DNA of 64,000 nt, taken from assembly GCF_963921235.1 (NCBI RefSeq), contig NC_086097.1, positions 254,760,001 through 254,824,000 on the forward strand. Reading direction: 5' to 3'. The notes beneath the pieces are model-generated. The model saw only the letters and a program-made list of their open reading frames with translations, was not told where the DNA came from and searched no databases. This DNA comes from Mobula hypostoma (Eukaryota). The stretch's first letter is position 1. The number at the start of each line of letters is the position of its first letter. This document shows, piece after piece, positions 25,220-39,736 of this stretch. Position numbers and translations under genes: made by a program.

Positions 25220-28004
25220 GAAATGTGCGTACCTCAATGCAAGAAGCATCAGGAACAAAGGTGATGAACTGAGAGCTTGGATACATACTTGGAATTATGA
25301 TGTGGTGGCCATTACAGAGACTTGGCTGGCACCAGGGCAGGAATGGATTCTCAATATTCCTGAATTTCAGTGCTTTACTAGAGAGGGTGGAAAAAGGGGA
25401 GGAGGGGTGGCATTACTGGTCAAGGATACTATTACAGCTGCAGAAAGGGTGGGTAATGTAGCAGGATCCTCTTTTGCGTCAATTAGGGTGGAAGTCAGGA
25501 ACAGGAAGGGAGCAGTTACTCTATTGGGGGTATTCTATAGGCCCCCTGGTAGCAGCAGAGATACAGAGGAGCAGATTGGGAGGCAGATTTTGGAAAGGTG
25601 CGAAAATAACAGGGTTGTTATCATGGGTGACTTTAACTTCCCTAATATTGACTGGCACTTGATTAGTTCCAAGGGTTCAGATGGGGCAGAGTTTGTTAAG
25701 TGTGTCCAGGACAGATTCCTGTCACAGTATGTGGACAGGCCGACTAGGGGGAATGCCATACTAGATCTAGTACTAGGTAATGAACTAGGTCAGGTCACAG
25801 ATCTCTCAGTGGGTGAGCATCTGGGGGACAGTGACCACCGCTCCCTGGCCTTTAGCATTATCATGGAAAAGGATAGAATCAGAGAGGACAGGAAAATTTT
25901 TAATTGGGGAAAGGCAAATTATGAGGCTATAAGGCTAGAACTTGCGGGTGTGAATTGGGATGATGTTTTTGCAGGGAAATGTACTATGGACATGTGGTCG
26001 ATGTTTAGAGATCTCTTGCGGGATGTTAGGGATAAATTTATCCCGGTGAGGAAGATAAAGAATGGTAGGGTGAAGGAACCATGGGTGACAAGTGAGGTGG
26101 AAAATCTAGTCAGGTGGAAGAAGGCAGCATACAGGAGGTTTAGGAAGCAAGGATCAGATGGGTCTATTGAGGAATATGGGACAGCAAGAAGGGAGCTTAA
26201 GAAGGGACTGAGAAGAGCAAGAACAGGGCACGAGAAGGACTTGGCGAGTAGGGTAAAGGAAAACCCCAAGGCATTCTTCAATTATGTGAAGAAAAAAAGG
26301 ATGACAGGAGTGAAGGTAGGACCGATTAGAGATAGAGGTGGGAAGATGTGCCTGGAGGCTGTGGAAGCGAGCGAGGTCCTCAATGAATACTTCTCTTCGG
26401 TATTCACCAATGAGAGGGAACTTGATGATGGTGAGGACAATATGAGTGAGGTTGATGTTCTGGAGCATGTTGATATTAAGGGAGAGGAGGTGTTGGAGTT
26501 GTTAAAATACATTAGGACAGATAAGTCCCCGGGGCCTGATGGAATATTCCCCAGGCTGCTCCATGAGGCGAGAGAAGAGATTGCTGAGCCTCTGGCTAAC
26601 ATCTTTATGTCCTAGTTGTCCACGGGAATGGTACTGGAGGATTGGAGGGAGGCGAATATTGTCCAGTTGTTCAAAAAAGGTAGTAGGGATCGTCCGGGTA
26701 ATTATAGACCAGTGAGCCTTACGTCTGTGGTGAGAAGGCTGTTGGAAAAGATTCTTAGAGATAGGATCTATGGGCATTTAGAGAATCATTGTCTGATCAG
26801 GGACAGTCAGCATGGCTTTATGAAGGGCAGATCGTGTCTAACAAGCCTGATAGAGTTCTTTGAGGAGGTGACCAGGCATATAGATGAGGGTGGTGCAGTG
26901 GATGTGATGTACATTGGTTTTAGTAAGGCATTTGACAAGGTTCCACACGGTAGGCTTATTCAGAAAGTTAGAAGGCATGGGATCCAGGGAGGTTAGGCCA
27001 GGTGGATTCAGAATTGGCTTGCCTGCAGAAGGCAGAGGGTGGTGGTGGAGGGAGTACATTCAGATTGGAGGATTGTGACTAGTGGTGTCCCACAAGGATC
27101 TGTTCTGGGACCTCTACTTTTCGTGATTTTTATTAACGACCTGGATGTCGGGGTAGAGGGGTGGGTTGGCAAGTTTGCAGATGACACGATGGTTGGTGGT
27201 GTTGTAGGTAGTGTAGAGGATTGTCAAAGATTGCAGAGAGACATTGATAGGATTCAGAAGTGGGCTGAGAAGTGGCAGATGGAGTTCAATACGGAGAAGT
27301 GTGAGGTGGTACAGTTTGGAAGGACAAACTCCAAGGCAGAGTACAAAGTAAATGGCAGGATACTTGGTAGTGTGGAGGAGCAGAGGGATCTCAGGGTACA
27401 TGTCCACAGATCCCTGAAAGTTGCCTCACAGGTGGATGGGGTAGTTAAGAAAGTTTATGGGGTGTTAGCTTTCGTAAGTCGAGGGATAGAGTTTAAGAGT
27501 CGCAATGTAATGATGCAGCTCTATAAAACTCTGGTTAGGCCACACTTGGAGTACTGCGTCCATTTCTGGTCACCTCACTATAGGAAGGATGTGGAAGCAT
27601 TGGAAAGAGTACAGAGGAGATTTACCAGGATGCTGCCTGGTTTAGAAAGTATGCATGATGATCAGAGATTAGGGGAGCTAGGGCTTTACTCTTTGGAGAG
27701 AAGGAGGATGAAAGGAGACATGATAGAGGCGTACAAGATAATAAGAGGAATAGATAGAGTGGATAGCCAGTGCCTCTTCCCCAGGGCACCACTGCTCAAT
27801 ACAAGAGGACATGGCTTTAAGGGAAGGGGTGGGAAGTTCAAGGGGGATATTAGAGGAAGGTTTTTTACTCAGAGAGTGGTTTGTGCGTGGAATGCACTGC
27901 CTGAGTCAGTGGTGGAGGCAGATACACTCGTGAAGTTTAAGAGACTACTAGACAGGTATATGGAGGAATTTAAGTTGGGGGCTTATATGGGAGGCAGGGT
28001 TTGA
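25220..28004 (+). pseudogene. CR1 ORF2 (APE-RT) with in-frame stops at ~26613 and ~26994
   Basis: Same-frame ORFs of 437, 126 and 321 aa carry ITETWL, GDFNF, SDH, YRPVSLTS, QGSVLGP and FADD. Confidence 0.9.
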
Positions 28005-28249
28005 GGGTCGGCACAACATTCTGGGCTGAAGGGCCTGTACTGTGCTGTACTATTCTATGTCTAATAACTTGATTTTAACTGACATGTGGCTGTTGTGTTT
28101 TACTATTTATTGTTATGTTTATTATTTAGTGTTGCATTTGTTATGTTATGATTGCACTGCTCCTGGGAAACGCTGTCTCATTCTGCCCTGCAGAGCTGAT
28201 GTACGGTTAGAATGACAATAAAGTTTTTTGAATCTTGAATCTTGAATCT

Positions 28250-29290
28250 TGATTTGTACTCGCTGGAATTTAGAAGGATGAGTGGGATCTCATTGAAATC
28301 TTTTCCAATGTTGAAAGGCCTAGATGGAGTAGATGTGGAAAGGATGTTTCCAATGGTTGGGGAGTCTGGGACAAAAGGGCACAGCCTCAGGATAGAGGGG
28401 TATCCATTTAAAACAGAGATGCGGAGAATTTTCTTTAGCCAGTGGTTGATGAATTTGTGGAATTTATTACCATAGGTAGATGTGCAGACCAGGTTGTCGG
28501 GTGTATTTAAGACAGAGTTTGACAGGTTCCTGATTGGAAACAGCATCAAAGGTTACAGGGAGAAGTCCAGGGAGTGGGCTAAAGAGGGATAAAAAGGATC
28601 AGCCATGATTGAATGGCAGAGCAGACTTGATGGGCCAAACAGCCTACTTCTGCTCCCATGTCTTATGGACTTACTCTAAAAGTTAATTTGCAGGTTGAGT
28701 CTGTGGCATTGAATTGAGAGTTTGTTGTTGTGACAGCACTCAGACAGATTTTCAATCTCCCTTCTCTGCTGACTCATCACCACCTTTCATTTGGCAGAAG
28801 GCAGTGGTGTCATCAGCAAACTTGAATATGGCACAGGAGCTGTGATTAGCCACACAGCCGTATGTGCAAAGCAAGCAGAGCAGAGGGCTAAGCACCAAGC
28901 CTTGCTCTGCACCTGTGCCAATGACAATTGTGGAGGAGATGTTGTTGCTAAACTAAACTGACTGGGATCTGAAGTGAAGAAATCGAGAATGCAACTGCAC
29001 AAGGGGCCAAGGTCTTGAAGTTTATTGATTAGTTTTGAGGGGTTATAGTCAAAAAAGAGCATTTTGATTTCTGCATCTTTCTGCCTGTATGTGCCAGGAT
29101 TGAGTGATGAGCCAATGAGATGGTATCTGAAGAGCATCTGTTCTCCTGACAGGCAAATTGGAGCAGATCCCAGTAGTTTCTCAGGCAGGAGTTGAAATGT
29201 TTCATTCGAATCCTCTCAAAATGCTTCATCACTGTGGATGCAAGTGCCACGGGATGATAGTCATTTGGGTAAGTTAATACGTTCTTCTCA
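28250..29290. mobile_element. CR1 3' fragment (+, ~28250..28672) followed by a degenerate Rex1/Babar fragment (-, ~28690..29290)
   Basis: LKGLDGVDVERMFP...FKTEMRR on plus. NDYHPVALASTVMKHFER on minus. Confidence 0.8.
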
Positions 29291-29703
29291 GACACTCTCA
29301 AACCCCTTTCCTCCCACGTACCCACCCACCCACTAATACAAACAGACAGTCCTTCAACTCCAGGACGGGCTTCCCATCTCCTACTGAGAAGCTTCTGTCA
29401 TTAGGCTTCAACCTCAAACATCAGATTGACCCTCGGGCTCCAAACTTTGTTACCTTCCCAGATAAGCCAACGTTTGAACACTGAAATCCAGGCTAGACCT
29501 CTGGGTGTGCTGACTGACCAGCCCTGGTACCTTCTCATACCTTCTGATTGCATGGATATCTGATCCCGGGAGGCACAGACCTGGGACAGCCCAACTACCA
29601 CAGATTGGCTTTGTCACCCTTCAAGCATGGATTGCGGGCGAAGGCCTGACACTAACTCCTCCACATCCCTATCCCTAATTCCTCAAAGGACCTCTATCTC
29701 CCA

Positions 29704-31838
29704 AACATAGAGTCATAGAAACATAGAAAACTGCAGCACAATACAGGCCCACAAAGATGTGCCGAACATTTTCTGACCTTAGAAATTACTAGGCTTCCCC
29801 ATTGCCCGCTAATTTTCTAAGCTCCATGTACCTATCCAAAAGTCTCTTAAAAGATGCCGTCATATCCGCCTCCACCACTGTTGCTGGCAGCCCATTCCAC
29901 GCACTCACCACACTCTGGTAAAAAAACTTACCCCTGACATCTCCTCTGTACCTACTCCCTAGCACCTTAAATCTTGTGGCAACCATTTAAGCCCTAGGGA
30001 AAAGCCTCTGACTATCCACATGATCAATGCCTCTCATCATCTTATACACCTCTATCAGGTCACCTCTCATCCTCCATCGCTCCAAGGAGAAAAGTCCGAG
30101 TTCACTCAGCTTATTCTCATAAGGCATGTTCCCCAATTCAGGCACCATCCTCGTAAATCTCTTCTGCACCCTTTTTATGGTTTCCACATCCTTCCTGTAG
30201 TGAGGCGACCAGAATTGAGCACAGTACTCCAAATGGGGTCTGACCAGGGTCCTATATAGCTGCAACATTACCTCTCGGCTCCTAAATTCAATTCCATGAT
30301 TGATGAAGCCAATGCACTGTTTGCCTTCTTAACCACAGAGTCAACCTGCATAGCAGCTTTGAGTGTCCTATGGACTCAGACCCCAAGATCCCTCTGATCC
30401 TCCACACTGCCAAGAGTCTTACCATTAGTACTGTATTCTACCGTCATATTTGACCTACCAAAATGAACCACCTCACACTTAGCTGGGTTGAACTCCATTT
30501 GCCACTTCTCAGCCCAGTTTTGCATCCTATCAATGTCCCACTGTAACCTCTGACAGCCCTCCACACTACCCACAACACCTCCAACCTTTGTGTCATCAGC
30601 AAATTTACTAACCCATCCATGCACTTCCTCATCCAGGCCACTTATAAAAATCACGAAGAGTGAGGGTCCCAGAACAGATCCCTGAGGCACTCCACTGGTG
30701 ACCGACTTCCATGCAGAATATGATCCGTCTACAACCACCCTTTGCCTTCTGTGGGCAAGCCAGTTCTGGATCCACAAAGCAATGTCCCCTTGGATCCCAT
30801 GATGCCTTACTTTCTCAATAAGCCTTGCATGGGGTACCTTATCAAATGCGTATACACTACATCTACTGCTCTTCCTTCATCAATGTGTTTCGTCACATCC
30901 TGAAAAAATTCAATCAGGCTCATAAGGCATGACCTGCCCTTGACAATGCCATGGTGACTATTCCTAATCGTATTATACCTCTCCAAATGTTGATAAATCC
31001 TGCCTCTCAGGATCTTCTCCATCAACCTACCAACCACTGAGGTAAGACTCACTGGTCTATAATTTCCTGGGCTATCTCTACTCCTTTTCTTGAATAAAGG
31101 AGGAACATTCACAACCCTCCAATCCTCCAGCACCTCTCACATCTCCATTGATGATGCAAGGTTCATCGCCAGAGGCTCAGCAATCTCTTTCCTCAACTCC
31201 CACAGTAACCTGGGGTATATCTCATCCGGTCCCGGCAACTTATCCAACTTGATGCTTTCCAAAAGCTCCAGCACATCCTCTTTCTTAATATCTACATGCT
31301 CAAGCTTTTCAGTCCGCTGCAAGTCATCACTACAATCACCAAGATCCTTTTCCATAGTGAATACTGAATTAAAGTATTCATTAAATACCTCTTCTATTTC
31401 CTTCAGTTCCATACACACATTCCCACTGTCACTCTTGATAGGTCCTATTCTTTCACGTCTTATCCTCTTGCTCTTCACATGCTTGTAGAATGCCTTGGTG
31501 TTTTCCTTAATCCTGCCTGCCAAGGCCTTCTCATGGCCCCTTCTGGCTCTCCTAATTTCCGTCTTAAACTCCTTCCTATTAGCCTTATAATCTTCTATAT
31601 CTCTAACATTACCTAGCTCTCTGAACCTTTTGTAAGATTTTCTTTTCTTCTTGACTCGATTTATTACAGCCTTTGTACACCACAGTTCCTGTACCCTACC
31701 ATAACTTCCCTGTCTCATTGGAACGTACCTATGCAGAAATCCACACAAATATCCCCTGAACATTTGCCACATTTCTTCCGTACTTTTCCCTGAGAACATG
31801 TTTCCAATTTAAGCTTCCAATTTCCTGCCTGATAGCCA
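29704..31838 (-). mobile_element. CR1 ORF2 3' half
   Basis: Tether and RT motifs in ORFs 31137..31799, 30807..31133, 30376..30777 and 29987..30268. Confidence 0.9.
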
Positions 31839-32852
31839 TAGAAACGTTGTCATTACAACATAGAGAAGTACAGAACAGAAACAGGCCCTCTGGCCCATCT
31901 AGTGCATTATTCTGCACTCTTACAACCCTCTGAGTGATGAAGTTTCCCCTCTCATGATTCAGAGTCCCCTCATGTTGCCTTTAAATTTCTCACCTTTCAC
32001 CCTAAACCCATGACCTCTGACTGTAGTCCCACTCAACATCAGTGGAAAAAGCCTGCTTGCATTTACCCTATCTATGCCTCTGATAGATTTGTGTACCTCC
32101 ATTATATCTCCTCTCATTCTTCTACATTCGAAAGAATACAGCCTTAGCCTATTCAATCTTTCCTTATAACTCAGGTCCTCCAGATCTGGCAACATCCTTG
32201 TAAACTTTCTCTGTGCTTGTTAAAACTTGTCTACATCTTTCCTGTAGGTAGGTGACCAAAACTACATACAGTCCTCCAGATTAGGCCTCACCAACGTCTA
32301 ACACAACGACAGCATCCTATCTGCTGTGCTCAACACTCTGATCTATGAAGGCCAATGTGCCTGAAGCTTTCTAACGACCTTGTCTCCCCGTGGCACCACC
32401 TTCAGTGAATTACGGACCTGTCTTCCCAGATCCCTTTGTTCTACTACACTCTTCAGAGTCCTACTGTTCACTGTGTAAGACCTATCCTTGCTGGTCCTCC
32501 CAAAGTGCAAAACCTCACACTTACCTGCACTAAATTCCATCTGCCATTTTCAGCCCTTTTTTCCAGCTGATGCAGATCCATCTGCAAGCCATGATAGCTT
32601 TCCTCACTGTCCACTACAGCCCCAGTCTTGCTGTCATCTGCAAATTCACTGATATAGATAACCACATTATCATCCTGATCATTGATATAGATGACAAACA
32701 ACAAGGACACAGCACCGATGCCTGCGGCACACCGCTAATCACAACCCTGTAGTCAGAGAGGCAACCCTCTACTCCCACAATCTGGCTTCTCCCATGAAGC
32801 TAATGTCTAAAACAATTTACTACCTCATGCTGAATACCTAGTGACTTAACTT

Positions 32853-33787
32853 GGATCAGCAAGTTTGCTGATGATACAAAGATCGGAGGTGTAGTAGACA
32901 GTGAGGAAGGTTTTCAGAGCCTGCAGAGGGACTTGGACCAGCTGGAAAAATGGGTTGAAAAATGGCAGATGGAGTTTAATACAGACAAGTGTGAGGTATT
33001 GCACGTTGGAAGGACAAACCAAGGTAGAACATACAGGGTTAATGGTAAGGCACTGAGGAGTGCAGTAGAACAGAGGGATTTGGGAATACAGATATAAAAA
33101 TTCCCTAAAAGTGGTGTCACAGGTAGACAGGGTCGTAAAGAAAGCTTTTGGTACATTGGCGTTTATTAATCAAAGTATTGAGTATAAGAGCTGGAATGTT
33201 ATGATGAGGTTGTATAAGGCATTGGTGAGGCCGAATCTGGAGTATTGTGTTCAGTTTTGGTCACCAAATTACAGGAAGGATATAAATAAGGTTGAAAGAG
33301 TGCAGAGAAGGTTTACAAGGATGTTGCCAGGACTTGAGAAACTCAGTTACAGAGAAAGGTTGAATAGGTTAGGACTTTATTGCCTGGAGCGTAGAAGAAT
33401 GAGGGGAGATTTGATAGAGGTATATAAAATTATGATGGGTATAGATAGAGTGAATGCAAGCAGGCTTTTTCCACTGAGGCAAGGGGAGAAAAAAACCAGA
33501 GGACATGGGTTAAGGGTGAGGGGGGAAAAGTTTAAAGGGAACATTAGGGGGGGCTTCTTCACACAGAGAGTGGTGGGAGTATGCAATGAGCTGCCAGACG
33601 AGGTGGTAAATGCGGGTTCTTTTTTAACATTTCAGAATAAATTGGACAGATACATGGATGGGAGGTGTATGGAGGGATATGGTCCGTGTGCAGGTCAGTG
33701 GGACTAGGCAGAGAGTGGTTCAGCACAGCCAAGAAGGGCCAAAGGGCCTGTTTCTGTGCTGTAGTTTCTATGGTTTCTATGGTTCTA
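32853..33787 (+). mobile_element. Young CR1 3' fragment, left arm only
   Basis: Near-identical to the 3' end of 7980..11624. Empty site at ~63845..63860. Confidence 0.9.
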
Positions 33788-33817
33788 ATGTTCTCAACCA
33801 GCCTCCCATGCAGGATC

Positions 33818-34180
33818 TCAGAATCAGAATCAGGTTTATTATCACTGGCGTGTGATGTGAAATTTAATTTCACAGCAGCAGTTCAATGCAATGCATAATC
33901 TATCAGAGAGAGAAAATAATAATAATAATAAATAGAATAAATACAATAATTATAACAAACAAGTAACGGTATATGAATATTGAATAGACTATAAAGAACT
34001 GTGCAAAAACAGAAATACTGTATATATTTAAAAAGTGAGGTAGTGTCCAAAGATTCAATGTCCATTTAGGAATTGGATGGCAGAGGGGAAGAAGCTGTTC
34101 CTGAATCGCTGAATGTGTGCCTTCAGGCTTCTGTATCTCCTACCTGATGGTAACAGTGAAAGGGCATGCCCTGGGTGCTG
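33818..34180 (-). mobile_element. Rex1/Babar 3' end, present in both arms (paralog 63478..63826)
   Basis: QHPGHAL...LLPSGRRYRSLKAH. GATTCT tail. Confidence 0.85.
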
Positions 34181-34249
34181 AAAGGTCAAATTCCTTACTA
34201 GAGTCCATGTAGACAACATCCACTGCCTTGCCTTCACCCACTTTCCTGG

Positions 34250-35025
34250 TAACATAGAAACATAGAAAACCAACAGCACAATACAGGCCCTTCGGCCCAC
34301 AAAGTTGTGCCGAACATGTCCTTACCTTAGAAATTACTAGGGTTACCCATAGCCCTCTATTTTTCTAAGCTCCATGTACCTGTCCAAAAGTTTCTTTAAA
34401 GACCCTATTGTATCCGCCTCCAGCCCATTCCACGCACTCACTACTCTCTGAGTAAAAAACTTACCCCTGACATTTCCTCTGTACCTACTCCCAAGCACCC
34501 TAAACCTGTGCCCTCTTGTGGCAGCCATTTCAGCCCTGGGAAAAAGCCTCTGACTATCCACATGATCAATGCCTCTCATCATCTTATTCACCTCTGTCTG
34601 GTCACCTCTCATACTCTGTCGCTCCGAGGTGAAAAGGCCGAGTTCACTCAACCTGTTTTCATAAGGCATGCACCCCAATCCATGCAGCATCCTTGTAAAT
34701 CTCCTCTGCACCCTTTCTATGGTTTCCACGTCCTTCCTGGAGTGAGGAGACCAGAACTGAGCACAGTACTCCAACTGGGGTCTGACCAGGGTCCTATAGA
34801 GCTGCAACATTACCTCTCGGCTCCTGAATTCAATTCCACGATTGATGAAGGCCAATACACCATACGTCTTCTTAACCACAGAGTCAACCTGCACAGCTGC
34901 TTTGAGCGTCGTATGAACTCGGACCCCAAGTTCCCTCTGATCCTCCGCACTGCCAAGAGTCTTATCATTAATACTATATTCTGCCTTCATATTTGACCTA
35001 CCAAAATGAACCACCTCACACTTCA
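34250..35025 (-). mobile_element. CR1 3' fragment
   Basis: CEVVHFGRSN...LVRPQLEYCAQFWSP...LLDRYMELRKIEGYG. Confidence 0.88.
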
Positions 35026-35027
35026 TC

Positions 35028-35513
35028 AAAAAATGGTTTGTCCATTTGGTGTAAAGTTCTTGATCTGTTGGGGAGTTGGTCAGGTTCCACACTGCCCTTG
35101 TGCCCACGGCTTTGTCTCCTGGTTGATAGGACAATGATACCTCATGTAAACAATGACAAGTTCACTATTTTAAAGGTGGGTCTCATCACAGTTGCAAGAA
35201 TTATATTGGAAAACTGGAAAAAACCCAGTTGTCTCACTGTGAAGGAATGGACTGAGGAAATGATTAAGATTTCATCATATGAACACATGTTGGGAAGAAT
35301 TAACGGTGAGGGAAAAGTGCAAGACGCGTGGGATCAATTTTGGTTGTATGTTAATTTAAACTTAAACTCGAACTTCTTTCTGTCTCTAAATTTTGTTTGC
35401 TTTCCTGTCGTGGGATGGCTGTGTAAATATGCTGTACTGTATCTGCTCTGTGATATGCTGTGCTACTTTGTAAAATAAGAATAAGTAATAATAATAAAAA
35501 TTTGAATTAAAAA
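35028..35513 (+). mobile_element. L1-clade LINE 3' fragment
   Basis: ARIILENWKKPSCLTVKEWTEEM...WDQF resembles the C-terminus of fish-type L1 ORF2. T-rich 3'UTR with AATAAA and an A-rich end. Confidence 0.65.
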
Positions 35514-36596
35514 GAACTCCACAGGAATAGTTAGACATGAACTACCAGCCACAAAACCATGGTGACCATCATTAATCATTCCATGTTTATCCAAATACTT
35601 ACATGTTGGCGCCCTTACAATACATTACGATATCTTTTCCACAACTGATGTAAGACTGACTGGCCTACAACTTCCTCGTTTCTGTTTATTGCCTTTTTTA
35701 AAAAAAAGAGGAACAACATTGGCTGTCCTCCAATCCTCTGCCATTACTCTGGTCGCCAGGGTGTTTTAAATATCTCTTCTAGGGCCCAGGCAGTTTTGAC
35801 ACTTGCCTCCTTCAGGTGCTGGACACTTATCCACCCTCATTTGCCTCAGGGTGGAAAACACCCTCCCCTCTAAGCTGTACAGGGTTGATGAAGTTGATGC
35901 CAGTTTGCCTCACTTCTATAGACTCTGTATCCATCTCCTGAATAAACACAGGGGTAAAGAATGCATTTGAGATCTCCCCCATCTGTTTTGGCGCCACACA
36001 ATTTACCATTCTGCACTTCCAGAGGACCAATTTTGTCACTTGTAATCCTTTTGCTCTTAACATATCTGTAGAATCCCTTAGGATTCTCCTTCACCCTGTC
36101 TGCTAGAGCAACTTCATGCCTTCTTTTAGCCTTCCTGATTTATTTCTTGTGCCTCTTGCATTTCCTTGTATTCCATAATCACCTCATTTCTTCTACCTGC
36201 CTATACCTGCTCTGCTCCTCCTTATGTTTCTCTTAACCAGAGCCTCAATATCTATTGAAAACCAAGGTTCCCTACACTTGTTATCTCTATCTTTCATTCT
36301 GACAGACACAGACAAGATTAGTACTGTCAAATTTTCATTTTTGAATGCCTCCCACTTTCCATGTACAGATTTGCCGGAAAACAGCTTGTCCCAATCCACA
36401 ATTGACCAATCATTTCTGATGCCATCAAAACTGGCCTTTCTCCAATTTAGAATCTCAACTTGCAGACCAGACCTATCCTTGTCCACATTTAATTTGAAGC
36501 TAATGGCTTTGTGGTCACTGCAGGCAAAGTGTTCTCCTACAAGAACCTCTGTCACCTGCCCTGTCTCAGTCCCTCAGAGCAGATCCAGTTTCACAT

Positions 36597-37007
36597 TGTC
36601 ATTACGGTTCGGATACGGCCCAAGTGCGGAGTGAGAGAGACTGAAGCAGATCGATAGTTCACAGACTTCAATACGGAAAAGGAAAAATAAGAGAATAAAC
36701 GCTAGGCCAAACGGGGCCGTTAACGAAAACTCTCAAAAGAAAAACAAAGCCGACGCTGCGGCTGAAAAAAACATCTAAATGTTAAGCGAATACCGCTGGA
36801 CTTCAGAGCCAGTTGATCTTGAAAGTCCAATATCTCAGGGAAGGCCGAATGCAAAACAACAGGGAGGCTTTGCTATGCTCTATCGCAGTCTACGACGACA
36901 AGAATGGAGTTAAATACCATCACGATTAAATAGTAATTACCTGACACATGCAAATTCACAAGCGCAATTGCCGTATTTACTGCGCTGCCGGATCCGTGGT
37001 TGTGACA
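36597..37007. mobile_element. Solo LTR (~411 bp), CpG-rich
   Basis: TGTCA...TGACA termini interrupting the CR1 APE region. Flanks CACAT/CAGGT form only an imperfect TSD. Confidence 0.65.
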
Positions 37008-37749
37008 CAGGTGCTCTCTGGTTGGGATTTCTATGTTCTGATGAAGGAAGCGTTCTTGAACACATCTGACAAACACTCTCCCATCTCGTCCTTTTACAGT
37101 ATGGGATACCCAGGCAAAATGTGGAAGGTACCTCTCCACTAGATGTCCTGGCACTCTGGTTCCCATCCCCCTGCAACTCTAGTTTAAACCCCACCCTGCA
37201 GCATTAACAAACCTTCCCACTAGGATATTAGTTCTCCTCCAGTTCAGTTGCAAACTGTCCCATCCATATAGGTCCCATTTTCCCTGGAAGAGCGCCCAAT
37301 GATCCGAAAATCTTCTGTCCTCCTGCATACACCAACTCCTTAACCACGTGTTAAACTGTATCATCTTCCTAGATCTGGCCTCACCAGGATGTGGCAGGGG
37401 CAGCAATCCTGAGATCACAACTCTGAAGGTCCTGTCCTTTAATTTTGCCCCTAATTCTCTGAACTCCATGCAGAATCTCGTGACTCGTCCGACTCAGGTC
37501 TTTGGACCACAACACTGTCAATAAGCAGGAAACTGAACATTAACCTCCTATCTGTCCACATACTCTATTTAAAATAAAACTAAACCTGAGCCAAGATTGC
37601 TGACACTGAGGGACTTGGCTTTTATTACAGTATTGTGACTGCATGTTTCCTGCTATCGTACTGAAATAGGCTATATGTGCCTCGTGCTACTGTTGGTTCT
37701 GTGGTTTGTACATTAGCCCTGGAGGGACACTGATTCATTTTGCCATTAT

Positions 37750-39465
37750 TGAATTGAATTGGCTTTATTTCTTACATCCTTCACATACATGGAGTAAAAA
37801 TCTTTACGTTACATCTCTGTCTAAATGTGCAATGAGCAACCATAGTAATTTATAATAATTTATAATAAATCAAACAGTCAATGTAACACAGAATACACTC
37901 AAATCAGCATGAATTAATCAGTCTGATGGCCTGGTGGAAGAAGCTGTCCCGGAGCCTGTTGGTCCTGGCTTTTATGCTGCGGTACCGTTTCCTGGATGGC
38001 AGCAGCTGGAACAGTTTGTGGTTGGGATGACTCGGGTCCCCAATAATCCTTCGGGCCCTTTTTACACACCTGTCCTTGTAAATGTCATGAATCATGGGAA
38101 GTTCACAACTACAGATGCACTGGGCTGTCTGCACCACTCTCTGTAGAGTCCTGCGACTAAGGAAGGTACAGTTCCCATACCAGGCTGTGATGCAGCCAGT
38201 CAGGATGGTCTAAATTCTGCCCTGTAGAAAGTTCTTAGAATTTGGGGGCCCATACCAAACTTACTCAACCGTCTGAGGTGAACAAGGCGCTGTTGTGCCT
38301 TTTTCACCACACAGCTGGTGGGTACAGACCATGTGAGGTCCTTGGTGATGTGGATGCCGAGGAACTTGAAGCTGTTTACCCTCTCAACCCCAGATCCATT
38401 GATGTCAATAGGGGTTAGCCCGTCTCCATTCCTCCTGTAATCCACAACCAGCTCTTTTGTTTTCGCGACATTGAGGGAGAGGTTGTTTTCTTGAAACCAC
38501 TGTGTCAGAGAGATGACTTCTTCCCTGTAGGCCAATCAATGCAGTGTAGTTGGCAAATTTAGAACATAGAATAGTACAGCACAGTACAGGCCCTTCGGCC
38601 CACAATGTTGTGCCGACCCTCAAACCCTGCCTCCCATATAAGCCCCCACCTTAAATTCCTCCATATACCTGTCTAGTAGTCTCTTAAACTTCACTAGTGT
38701 ATCTGCATCCACCACTGACTCAGGCAGTGCATTCCACGCACCAACCACTCTCTGAGTAAAAAACCTTCCTCTAATATCCCCCTTGAACTTCCCACCCCTT
38801 ACCTTAAAGCCATGTCCTCTTGTATTGAGCAGTGGTGCTCTGGGGAAGAGGCGCTGGCTATCCACTCAATCTATTCCTCTTATTATCTTGTACACCTCCA
38901 TCAGGTCTCCTCTCATCCTCCTTCTCTCCAAAGAGTAAAACCCTAGCTCCCTTAATCTCTGATCATAATGCATACTCTCTAAACCAGGCAGCATCCTGGT
39001 AAATCTCCTCTGTACCCTTTCCAATGCTTCCACATCCTTCCTATAGTGAGGTGACCAGAACTGGACACAGTACTCCAAGTGTGGCCTAACCAGAGTTTTA
39101 TAGAGCTGCATCATTACATCGCGACTCTTAAACTCTATCCCTCGATTTATGAAAGCTAACACCCATAAACTTTCTTAACTACCCCATCCACCTGTGAGGC
39201 AACTTTCAGGGATCTGTGGACATGTACCCCCAGATTAGTTAGCAGATTAAAGCTCTGGGTGGCAACACAGTCGTGGGTATACAGGGAGTACGCAGCCCGG
39301 AGGCGCTCCTGTATTGAGCGTCAGAGGGCTGGGGGTGAGGGAACCCACTCTTACAACGTGCTGGCGGTCTGACAGGAAGTCTCGGATCCAGATGCGCAAG
39401 GCAGGGTCAAGGCCGAGGTCTCTGAGCTTCTTGCTGAGCCTCTATGGGACTATGGTGTTGAATGC
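37750..39465 (-). mobile_element. Rex1/Babar fragment, present in both arms (paralog ~60925..62540). Left-only CR1 at ~38563..39234, right-only CR1 at ~61612..62196
   Basis: NNLSLNVAKTKELVVDYRR and LLPSRKRYRSIKARTNRLRDSFF. Reciprocal empty sites are visible. Confidence 0.85.
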
Positions 39466-39736
39466 TGAACTGTATGGTTGAATGACAATTAAACTTGGCG
39501 GAGACCGCAGCTCGGCGCCGTCGCGACAGCTCCCCCTTGCAACAGCGAAGAGGGCACGTTAGATAGGACAAAAGGCCCGAGAAGCGATGAGACAAAGATA
39601 ACTGGCAGCTGATGCGGAAATGAAGCGTGAGCTTTCAGGTGAGGAGTCAGTCATAAATGGTAAGAAGGAAATTGGCCAAGAAGCGGGGTGAAAGAGGACA
39701 GCTGATGAGTTTGCAAAAGAATGAGGAAAACATCAC

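Larger units (their letters stand above)
23800..28062 (+). mobile_element. Apparently full-length CR1 LINE (~4.3 kb), defective
   Basis: 5'UTR with tandem CACGTG-containing units, ORF1 from ATG 24115, ORF2 to 28004, 3' tail TATTCTATGTCT. Confidence 0.92.
31838..37510 (-). mobile_element. Old long CR1 (ORF1 esterase at ~37179..37469, 3' end at ~31840) fragmented by later CR1, Rex1, L1 and LTR insertions
   Basis: Collinear minus-strand ORF1, APE, tether and RT fragments between the nested elements. Confidence 0.7.

Noticed and set aside
25302..28004. Active CR1 ORF2
   Set aside because: Two in-frame stops, plus a disrupted ORF1 and ORF2 N-terminus. The copy is not autonomous.
29290..29703. 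Unassigned ~400-bp segment as a possible exon
   Set aside because: No convincing splice pair, ORF homology or termini could be seen, so it was left uncalled.
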